Of a stretch of DNA of 64,000 nucleotides, positions 10,356-18,191 are shown piece after piece. The notes beneath the pieces are model-generated. The model did not search any database and was not told the origin of the DNA. It worked only from the letters and a program-made list of their open reading frames with translations. Origin of the DNA: Candidatus Bathyarchaeia archaeon. Its GTDB lineage: Archaea; Thermoproteota; Bathyarchaeia; Bathyarchaeales; Bathycorpusculaceae. Where the stretch lies: contig JBEKWR010000009.1 of NCBI GenBank assembly GCA_049512935.1, positions 28,036 to 92,035 of the forward strand, written 5' to 3'. Made by a program: the position numbers and the translations under genes. Each line of letters opens with the position of its first letter. Position 1 is the stretch's first letter.

Positions 10356-11156
10356 TTAGTGGGAGAACAGTTTCTCGTAGGGTCTTTTCGAAACTGGCAG
10401 TATCTTCTTGAATTTCTGCGCCATGATTTCTTTGGGGTCAGCGCCGAAGTGGCTGCAATATTCGTTAACTAAGCCTTCAATTGTTTTTAGGTCGCGTTTG
10501 CCGACTTCCATTGTTTTTGTGCCGTTGACGGGTTCTAAGATTTCTCCGCGTTCGTAGATGACTCCGCCGTGCATTCCTGTTCCGACGAATTTGGCTTTGC
10601 ATTTTTCGCCTTCTTTGAGGTTCAAGCCTAAAATGACCATTACTCCGCCCGCCATGTACTCCGCTAAGAAGTCGCCTGCCGTTTGCCCGATGACTATCTG
10701 GGGGATTTTGCGCTGGTACTCTTTCATGTGTATGCCGACCCTGTAGCCGACGTAGTCGCGGACGAAGATTTTTCCGCCCCTCATCGAGTTTCCCGTGACG
10801 TCACCGGCGTGCCCGTGAATGATGATTTGTCCCTCGTTCATCGTGTTGCCGCAGCCGTCCTGCGCGTTGCCATGAATCACAAGTTTGGGTCCGTTCATGA
10901 AGGCGCCAAGGTCGTTTCCAGGCGTTCCGTAAACGTCAATTTGTATGTTCGTCTCCAAGTCCGTGCCGATGTACCGTTGCCCGCAGACGTTGTGTATCTC
11001 TATTCTTTCAACGCCTGTGCAGATTGCCTGCCTCAGCAGAGCGTTTAGGTCTCTGTAGTAGAGCCCTTCCGCGTTGATTTTCAGCACGTTACCCTCTTCT
11101 TTTACGTATCGAAGGTACTTTTCCTCGATTTCCATTTTGCTTTTTTGTTCAAGCAT
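10356..11156 (-). CDS. gltB3: Glutamate synthase GXGXG (domain 3) subunit
   Basis: GQRYIG, GNDLGAFM, GDFLAEYMAGG repeats. Confidence 0.9.
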   Translation of the reverse strand: MLEQKSKMEIEEKYLRYVKEEGNVLKINAEGLYYRDLNALLRQAICTGVERIEIHNVCGQRYIGTDLETNIQIDVYGTPGNDLGAFMNGPKLVIHGNAQDGCGNTMNEGQIIIHGHAGDVTGNSMRGGKIFVRDYVGYRVGIHMKEYQRKIPQIVIGQTAGDFLAEYMAGGVMVILGLNLKEGEKCKAKFVGTGMHGGVIYERGEILEPVNGTKTMEVGKRDLKTIEGLVNEYCSHFGADPKEIMAQKFKKILPVSKRPYEKLFSH

Positions 11157-11160
11157 GCTT

Positions 11161-12672
11161 TTACTCTCCTGCCAATTTCACTCCGAGGATTCTTGATTCA
11201 GATCTGCTTAATCCGACGCCTCTAAGTGCTAAGCGGTTGCCACGTAGGCTTTCAATGGCGTTTATTCCCATGCCGCCCATCATGTCCTTGATCTCTAGGC
11301 TCCAGCTGTTGAGCAGGTTGACAAGCCGTTTGGAAGCGATGTCAGGGTTGATGCGTTTGCTAATCCACGGATCACTTGTTGCGATGCCCCACGGGCATTT
11401 GCCAGTGTAGCATTTTTGGCAAACAGTGCAGCCCATAGCTATCAAAGCAGCGGTGCCGATGTACACAGCGTCAGCGCCCAAAGCAATTGCTTTGAACACG
11501 TCTGCGCTGCTTCTTATGCCGCCTGCAATAACCACGGAAGCCTGATTGCGTATGCCTTCTTCCCGGAGGCGCTGATCCACCTGTGCAGTAGCCAACTCGA
11601 TGGGTATGCCAACGTTGTCTCGAATCGTTTTCGGCGCCGCGCCTGTTGCGCCTCGAATGCCGTCTAAAGCGATTATGTCTGCGCCTGCCCGAACCATGCC
11701 GCTTGCAATTGCCGCCGCGTTATGAACTGCCGCGATTTTCACGGAAATTGGCTTAGTGTAGTTAGTTGCTTCTTTGAGCGCGTAGATGAGTTGGCGAAGG
11801 TCTTCGATTGAGTAAATGTCATGTTGCGGGTAAGGTGAGAGTGCGTCGGTACCCTCGGGGATCATGCGTGTTTTAGCCACGTTTGGAGTGACTTTTTCAC
11901 CTGGCAGGTGTCCGCCTATGCCTGGTTTCGCGCCTTGCCCAATTTTGATTTCAACGGCTGCCGCGATATCTAGGTATTTGGGGTGCACACCAAACCGTCC
12001 AGATGCAACTTGGACAATGGTGTGGGCGCCGTACTTGTAGAGGCTTTGGTCTAAGCCGCCTTCTCCAGTGTTAAAGTAGGTGCCGCATTCGGTTGCTGCC
12101 CGCGCAAGGGATTCATGCACGTTTAAGCTGATGGCGCCGTACGACATGGCGGAGAACATTATCGGAGTGTCAAGGCAAAGCTGCGGAGTAAGCTGCGTCT
12201 TCAGGACCACTTCGCCGTTTTCCGTTCCCAACTCCAGCTTGTCAGGTTTCGCGCCGAGATAGGTTCTGATTTCCATCGGTTCACGCAACGGGTCAATCGA
12301 GGGGTTTGTGACTTGGCTCGCGTTAAGCAGCAGTCGATCCCAGTAGGTGTAGTAGGGTTTGTCGTTGCCCATGCCTGTTAGAATTACTGCGCCGTTCTCA
12401 GCCTGCTTCTTGACATCCTGAATGGCTTCAAACGTCCAGTTGGCGTTCTCTCGGTTAGCGTTAGGGTTCCTTCTTATGGTAATTGCATGCGTCGGGCAGA
12501 AGGTTACGCAGCGTTGGCAGTTGACACAGTTCTCTTCCTTGCTGCAGACCGTGTCGGTTTCTTCATCGTAGGAGTGGGTCTCGTATGTGCATTGGTTAAC
12601 GCATACCTTGCAGCGTATGCATCGGTTTTGGTCGCGTTCAACTATGTACTCGGGAATCACGTAGGTTTTCAT
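11161..12672 (-). CDS. gltB2: Glutamate synthase FMN-binding (domain 2) subunit with ferredoxin N-terminus
   Basis: MSYGAIS, NTGEGG, QVASGRFG, KIGQGAKPGIGGHLPG, CxxCxxCxxxxCP. Confidence 0.95.
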   Translation of the reverse strand: MKTYVIPEYIVERDQNRCIRCKVCVNQCTYETHSYDEETDTVCSKEENCVNCQRCVTFCPTHAITIRRNPNANRENANWTFEAIQDVKKQAENGAVILTGMGNDKPYYTYWDRLLLNASQVTNPSIDPLREPMEIRTYLGAKPDKLELGTENGEVVLKTQLTPQLCLDTPIMFSAMSYGAISLNVHESLARAATECGTYFNTGEGGLDQSLYKYGAHTIVQVASGRFGVHPKYLDIAAAVEIKIGQGAKPGIGGHLPGEKVTPNVAKTRMIPEGTDALSPYPQHDIYSIEDLRQLIYALKEATNYTKPISVKIAAVHNAAAIASGMVRAGADIIALDGIRGATGAAPKTIRDNVGIPIELATAQVDQRLREEGIRNQASVVIAGGIRSSADVFKAIALGADAVYIGTAALIAMGCTVCQKCYTGKCPWGIATSDPWISKRINPDIASKRLVNLLNSWSLEIKDMMGGMGINAIESLRGNRLALRGVGLSRSESRILGVKLAGE

Positions 12673-13793
12673 TGAGTTTGCCCCCCTGCTAAAGCCTTAC
12701 TTTTTAGTCTGCACACAACGGGTTCTCCTCCTCTTGGTGCCCAGAACTTGTCGAGCTGAGGCGAAACCAATCTCATGGCAGACTCTTCCGACGACAAGTA
12801 CGTGAAGTCGCCGTTTGTGCCAGCCACCAGCGGGCGCAGCTTTATTCGGTCGGTTAACCCTATCATTTCGCCGTGATGAGCGACGACAATGCTGAATGGC
12901 CCGTTCATGAGTAGGCTGCCGTAGGTCTGACGCAGCACTGTCAGCAGATGCGCTTTTTTGGGTTCCATGCGGTCTATTTCACTCCACAGTGGCGCGGCAA
13001 GGACTTGAGCCACCAGCTCGATCGGCAGCTTCTGTCTGCGCATAAGCAAATCAACCGTATAAGCCAAGACTTCAGTGTCAGTCTGCATCGTGCACTTGTA
13101 ACCGTACATCTCAAGGTAGCGGCGATTTATGCCGTAGGATGAGAGTTCACCGTTATGAATCACGGTCCAGTCCAAAATGTTGAACGGGTGTGCTCCGCCC
13201 CACCAGCCAGGAGTGTTCGTTGGGAATCTGCTGTGGCATGTCCAAAGGTACCCCATATAATCCTCAAGGCAGAAGAAGTCTGCAACGTCTTCAGGGAAGC
13301 CTACGCCCTTGAACACGCCCATGTCTTTGCCGCTTGAGAAAACAAACGCCTTTCCCGTTTCAGTGTTGATGCGCATGATAGTTTCGATTATGTAGTCTTC
13401 TTCGGTTTGGTTTTCAGGTCTGTTTTTCTTGGGTTGAACGAAGTAGCGCCAAACCAACGGTGGATTATGCACGTTTGCTGGTCTTGTCTGCATTTCTTCG
13501 TCGTAGATCATGTCAAACCTCGAAGCGAGAATGCGGTTAGTCTGCTCCTTCGCGTCCTTGCTGAGGTACATTATGTGGAATGCATAGTAATCTTTGAAGT
13601 CTGGGTAGATGCCGTAAACCGCGAAGCCGCCGCCTAAACCGTTTCCTCGGTCATGCATGTTCGTTACTGCACGCACAGGATCCTTGGAACTGAAACGTTT
13701 GCCCTCCGTGTTCATCATGCCGAAGATGGCGCAGCCTGAGAAATCCTTGTCGTCGCCGAAGGGATTGATTATTTTTCTATCATCTTGGTTCAT
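12669..13793 (-). CDS. gltB1: Glutamate synthase class II amidotransferase (domain 1) subunit
   Basis: GCAIFG, HDRGNG, HSRFPTNT, AHPF, HNGE, TDTE. Confidence 0.92.
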   Translation of the reverse strand: MNQDDRKIINPFGDDKDFSGCAIFGMMNTEGKRFSSKDPVRAVTNMHDRGNGLGGGFAVYGIYPDFKDYYAFHIMYLSKDAKEQTNRILASRFDMIYDEEMQTRPANVHNPPLVWRYFVQPKKNRPENQTEEDYIIETIMRINTETGKAFVFSSGKDMGVFKGVGFPEDVADFFCLEDYMGYLWTCHSRFPTNTPGWWGGAHPFNILDWTVIHNGELSSYGINRRYLEMYGYKCTMQTDTEVLAYTVDLLMRRQKLPIELVAQVLAAPLWSEIDRMEPKKAHLLTVLRQTYGSLLMNGPFSIVVAHHGEMIGLTDRIKLRPLVAGTNGDFTYLSSEESAMRLVSPQLDKFWAPRGGEPVVCRLKSKALAGGQTQ

Positions 13794-13794
13794 T

Positions 13795-15075
13795 TTATTG
13801 CACCACACTCATTTTCTTCTGCAGAGTAACTGGGAACGCTGCCCAGCTGAAGTCGTCTTCCAAGAGTTGCTGCTTAAGTTTTTTCACGTTTATCGCGTTC
13901 TTCATCAGGTAGAACAGTATGCCCGCCCGTTCAATGGAGTTCACAAGGGTCATCCCAACGATGACGTTGTTCCTGAGAACCAGCTTCTTGTAGACGTTGT
14001 GTTCGGGTTCAAACTTAATGAGCACTTCCAAAGTTGGATCTTCCTTCGGGTTAGCTAAACCTACAGAGACGACGGGTATGCCGAAGTACTTGAGGGCGCT
14101 CATGTTGGTGCCGCCCGCATACGTGGTTTTCCTGCCTGCCATGTTGTAACCCGCAACCTTGCCTTCCAGCACGGCAAGCGGCCAAAGAGGCAAAAGACGG
14201 TTCTGGTTAAGAACAAAGTCGTATGCTTCAGCCACGTCGCCGCTCGCGTAAACGTCAGGCACGCTTGTCTGCATCATGTCGTCAACCACGATTCCCCTGT
14301 TAATTTTCACCGTCGTTCCCGCCACCAGTTCCGTGCGCGGAATAACGCCGATGGCTACCACGACAAGGTCGCAGGGCACCTGGTCACCTTTGGTCAAGAT
14401 TACTCCGCCGACCGCGCCATCGTTGCCTGGTTTGCCGACGATTTTCTGAACCGACTGACCCGTGATGATGTTGACGCCTGCCTTGCGGACAACAGCTTCC
14501 ACAATGTCTGAGCCTTTAGGATCCAGAAGCAGGCTTAGAATTTTGTCCTGCAACTCCACCATCGTGACCTTTAAGCCGCGTTTAACGAGTGCTTCGGTTA
14601 CGCTTATGCCGATGAGCCCTGCACCTATGACCACTGCTGATTTTGCGTTTATGTTGCCGATTTTTGCTGCAAGCAACTGGGCGTCCTTGAGGGTTGTGAA
14701 GGTGAACACTCCATCCTTATCCGAGCCCTCCATCTTTGGAACGAACGGTTTGCCGCCTGTCGCAATCAGCAGCTTTTCGTAAGGAACCTTTTCGCCGTCT
14801 TCAAGCTGGACCAGTTTCTCCTCAAAATTTAGCGCTGTGACTTTTTTTCCTATGAGTGCTTCCACCTTGTTTTCTTCCCAGAACCCCTCTGTTCGGCAAT
14901 CGACCCTTTTGAGGTCCGCTTTACCGCTGACAAAGTCGCTAATCATCGGTCGGCTGTAGTGGGAGCAAGCTTCCTCGGTTATCACGGTTATGGTTCCAAC
15001 TGGATCAACTTCACGGATGGCTTCAACCGCACCTAAGCCCGCTGCTGAAGCACCCACAATCACGTATTTTGCCAT
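13795..15075 (-). CDS. FAD/NAD(P)-dependent oxidoreductase (electron donor subunit)
   Basis: GASAAG, ATGG, GAGLIG, ASGDVA motifs; lies within the gltB operon. Confidence 0.9.
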   Translation of the reverse strand: MAKYVIVGASAAGLGAVEAIREVDPVGTITVITEEACSHYSRPMISDFVSGKADLKRVDCRTEGFWEENKVEALIGKKVTALNFEEKLVQLEDGEKVPYEKLLIATGGKPFVPKMEGSDKDGVFTFTTLKDAQLLAAKIGNINAKSAVVIGAGLIGISVTEALVKRGLKVTMVELQDKILSLLLDPKGSDIVEAVVRKAGVNIITGQSVQKIVGKPGNDGAVGGVILTKGDQVPCDLVVVAIGVIPRTELVAGTTVKINRGIVVDDMMQTSVPDVYASGDVAEAYDFVLNQNRLLPLWPLAVLEGKVAGYNMAGRKTTYAGGTNMSALKYFGIPVVSVGLANPKEDPTLEVLIKFEPEHNVYKKLVLRNNVIVGMTLVNSIERAGILFYLMKNAINVKKLKQQLLEDDFSWAAFPVTLQKKMSVVQ

Positions 15076-15076
15076 G

Positions 15077-15523
15077 TTAGGGCTTCACCTCTTTGAAAAC
15101 CAACGCTTCATTGGGGCAGTTGGCGACGCATGCTGGCGTGTCAAAGCCTTGGCACAGATCGCACTTCGCGACTACATGTCCTTCCTTATCCATCATTATG
15201 GCGCCGTAAGGACAAACCATTACGCAAGTCCAGCAGCCCATGCATTTCTCAGCGTTATGCGTGACCAAACCTGTTTTCTCGTCTTTTTGCATCGCGCCTG
15301 ACAAGCAGGCGGTTACGCAGGGAGCGTCGTCGCAGTGTCTGCACTGGATGGCGAATGAGACGGGTTTGTTCCGTTCTACCTTTACCCTGCTTACGGGTCT
15401 GGGGCGTTCGCTGTTGTAGGCTTTGATCACGTCTTTTGACTTTGAATGTTGAACTATGCAGTACACTTCGCATAGTCCGCAGCCCATGCAGTTTTCTTGT
15501 TTTGCAATTATTCTTTTTACCAT
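15077..15523 (-). CDS. 4Fe-4S dicluster protein
   Basis: Four CxxCxxCxxxC-type motifs. Confidence 0.9.
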   Translation of the reverse strand: MVKRIIAKQENCMGCGLCEVYCIVQHSKSKDVIKAYNSERPRPVSRVKVERNKPVSFAIQCRHCDDAPCVTACLSGAMQKDEKTGLVTHNAEKCMGCWTCVMVCPYGAIMMDKEGHVVAKCDLCQGFDTPACVANCPNEALVFKEVKP

Positions 15524-15546
15524 GGTTTAAACCTCAATTTTCACGT

Positions 15547-15666
15547 TTAGCGTGGACAAGTGAGCATTAAAATGTGCAACTCAACGTCGCTTGTACATAG
15601 GACGCTCTTGGCCGTAGTTGATTGTTTACCATGCGTCACTATTATTTTGCATGTGTTTACAGCCAT
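15547..15666 (-). CDS. Putative 39-aa leader ORF of the glutamate synthase operon
   Basis: AGGTGGTAAAA-ATG; MAVNTCKIIVTHGKQSTTAKSVLCTSDVELHILMLTCPR; stop 23 nt before the first operon gene. Confidence 0.5.
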   Translation of the reverse strand: MAVNTCKIIVTHGKQSTTAKSVLCTSDVELHILMLTCPR

Positions 15667-15795
15667 TTTTACCACCTTTCTGTAAAGAGTTAGCCCCATA
15701 AAATGGCATGTATTCTATATAACTTTGTTGGTAATCATTTATATGACAGTTCATGAACTATGTAATCTAAATGAAACATATATCAGGCGAGAGCT

Positions 15796-16899
15796 TTGGC
15801 AGAAAAAGACTTAGGCTATAGAAGAGTCCAATGCACGGGAAGAGGCTCATACATCACATCCCTGCCCAAAGAGTGGGTACAAGACCTTGACCTCAAACGA
15901 GGCAGCGAAATAGCTTTCTACATAGAACCAGACTCCACGCTGATGCTTGTTCCGAGAAAAATTCAGGAAAAGGAAGGTCGCGGCAACGCGGCTAAACCCA
16001 AAGAGTACTACATCACCATTGACCCGAAGGAAACCGTGCAGTCCGCTGTGAGAATGATAAAAGCCCTGTACGCGATAGGCGCCGACATAATCAGAGTTCA
16101 CATCAAAAACCCGCAGGATGCAGCCAAATACAAAAATGAAATAAAAACCTTAGCCAGAGACAGCTTTCTTGGCTCAGAGATAATCGATGAGACATCAGAT
16201 GAAATCACCCTGCAAATCCTAATAAAACACTCAGAGTTCCCAATTGAAAAAGCCGTTAGAAGAATGGCGATAGTAGCGCTGTCCGCAAACAGAGACGCCA
16301 TCGCAGCCCTCAAAGACCGAAACACCGCACTGTTTGACGGCGTAATCAACGCTCACAACGACGTGAACCGACTGGGACTGTACGTTGTTCGCCAACTCAA
16401 ATACGGCATAGAACGGAACCTCTATCGGGAACTCGGGTTCAAAACACCCAAAGAATTCCTTCTCTACCGCATAGCGGTTAACGATATCGAAAGCATCGCC
16501 CAAAACGCCTTAAACATCATTAACAATTTGGGTTCGCTTCAGAAACTGATTGAGGATGAAACGCTGTTCGTGAAAGACCCAATAGATGAAGAGGTATACA
16601 ATCAGCTCGTGAATTTCAGTTCACTTGCTCAGGGGTCGTATGATGAGGCCATCAAAGCCTTGTTCAAGAGAGATTACAAAGACGCGGAGAGACTGATTTC
16701 GAAATGTGACTCCTTCATCCCGCTTGAAAATGAGTTGGTCATGCTGATGTCAAGCAAGAAACTTGACCCCAACGTGGCTTCGCTGTTGCGCCTAATTTTT
16801 GATAGCTCACGGCGCATAATGGATTACAGCCGAAACATGGCGGAGCTCACGCTGAACCGAACAGTGGAAGAACAGTGCTCGACCTTGGCATACAAATGA
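15796..16899 (+). CDS. AbrB-PhoU family regulator
   Basis: N-terminal RRVQCTGRGSYITSLPKEW AbrB motif; tandem helical PhoU repeats. Confidence 0.88.
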   Translation: MAEKDLGYRRVQCTGRGSYITSLPKEWVQDLDLKRGSEIAFYIEPDSTLMLVPRKIQEKEGRGNAAKPKEYYITIDPKETVQSAVRMIKALYAIGADIIRVHIKNPQDAAKYKNEIKTLARDSFLGSEIIDETSDEITLQILIKHSEFPIEKAVRRMAIVALSANRDAIAALKDRNTALFDGVINAHNDVNRLGLYVVRQLKYGIERNLYRELGFKTPKEFLLYRIAVNDIESIAQNALNIINNLGSLQKLIEDETLFVKDPIDEEVYNQLVNFSSLAQGSYDEAIKALFKRDYKDAERLISKCDSFIPLENELVMLMSSKKLDPNVASLLRLIFDSSRRIMDYSRNMAELTLNRTVEEQCSTLAYK

Positions 16900-16941
16900 A
16901 GCTGCCGCTAAAAACTATGAAAAGTTAGACTGAAGGAATTT

Positions 16942-17050
16942 TGGTGCTCCGGCCGGGATTTGGACCCGGGTCCGCGACTCGAGAGGCCGCTATACTTAGT
17001 CCCTTAGTAAGAAGCCTTAGTAAGGTTTGACCGGACTATACTACCGGAGC
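16942..17050 (-). tRNA. tRNA-Glu(CTC) with a 31-nt non-canonical D-arm intron (16996-17026) and encoded CCA
   Basis: GCTCCGG..CCGGAGC-A-CCA; anticodon arm GCGGC-CT-CTC-GA-GTCGC; BHB GGTC-AA^A / GACT-AA^G. Confidence 0.93.
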
Positions 17051-17129
17051 ATTCGCAAAAGGGTGTGCTCAAAGAAATAAATATGTTTTTATGACCGAAA
17101 ACTAAAGCCATCAATTTTCTCCGAGCGCC

Positions 17130-17483
17130 TTATGTTTCTTCGTCAAAACGCAAGAAAGCCTTTATGGTTGCCATTATCTCAACCAATCCTTTTTCCGTTA
17201 TGGGGGGTTGATAAGGGATTCGTAGCACTTCCCAACCTTGGGCTTCCAGCAATTCATCGATTTCGCTGTCCCGCTTTTGCTGTTTGTCGCTTGAATGCAC
17301 GGGCATGCCGTCCAAGTAAACGATTTTGCGCTTGTTCATCCAGCAGAAGTCGGGAATCGTGGATTTCAGGATGATTGGCTTTTGGGTTACCATGCCGCTG
17401 GTTAACCCAGCTTTGCTTAGTTCATGGAACACTGCGATTTCTGCTTGGCTGACTTTAGGATGCATATTTGCCTTGTAGCTCAA
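17130..17483 (-). CDS. DUF559/Vsr-like endonuclease domain protein
   Basis: SQAE, PDF, YLDG..H, RD..L...GWEVLRI. Confidence 0.8.
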   Translation of the reverse strand: MSYKANMHPKVSQAEIAVFHELSKAGLTSGMVTQKPIILKSTIPDFCWMNKRKIVYLDGMPVHSSDKQQKRDSEIDELLEAQGWEVLRIPYQPPITEKGLVEIMATIKAFLRFDEET

Positions 17484-17575
17484 GTTGTTTCCCGAAAGGA
17501 AGCATTATATCTGACCCTTAATAAATTATATACAAGAAAACGGTTAATCTTTTTGAAACGCGTAACTAAAAGTAG

Positions 17576-17679
17576 TCTTGGCGGATCGCCCACGTTAACC
17601 CAAGACGCGAATCAAAATAAGCACCTGGTTGTCAGGGTTTGCGTAATTCGCGCCCCGTTTAACCGCTGACCCGCCAAGA
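17576..17679 (-). ncRNA. Candidate structured RNA (long irregular hairpin)
   Basis: 12-bp, 5-bp and 14-bp nested helices; most mismatches become G:U pairs only on the minus strand. Confidence 0.45.
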
Positions 17680-17843
17680 ATGGGTGTACCTCTTGGATGG
17701 CTATTTCTCGCAAGAATAACAATCCTTTGCGCCGTATAAATGGAGTTGTGGTTGTCTTGTTGCAACAACAAGCATGCAAGCTTCGCTATGGTAACTTAAA
17801 TTTCAGGTTTGCAAATGATAGAAACAGACGTTCGCTTGCTTCA

Positions 17844-18056
17844 TTATTCATTTGCAATTTGGCGCGTTTCTTCAAAAATTGCTGGCAAAATCGTTACGCC
17901 ATCATCCTTCGGTGCCTTAGGCTTTTCAGATTCTGACCTTTTCCGGTTGCTTATCAAGAACATGCTCCAGCCCATAAAGAAGATAAAGATGAGCGCTGGA
18001 AAGAAAAGAAGTACCATGATGTTTTTGCGTTTACGAGTGCCTTTTTCAGTTGCCAA
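17844..18056 (-). CDS. Small single-TM protein
   Basis: AGGTG RBS; one TM helix flanked by basic residues. Confidence 0.7.
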   Translation of the reverse strand: MATEKGTRKRKNIMVLLFFPALIFIFFMGWSMFLISNRKRSESEKPKAPKDDGVTILPAIFEETRQIANE

Positions 18057-18191
18057 CTTTCACACCTGATAACCCTTCTGCAGATTACAAGATAAGCTTT
18101 GATAACGTCTAATAATGATTCAAAATCCACAAATCCAGGGACAATCAATCCAAAAAAAAGAAAGAAAAAATATGTTAAACAACCTAAGTTG

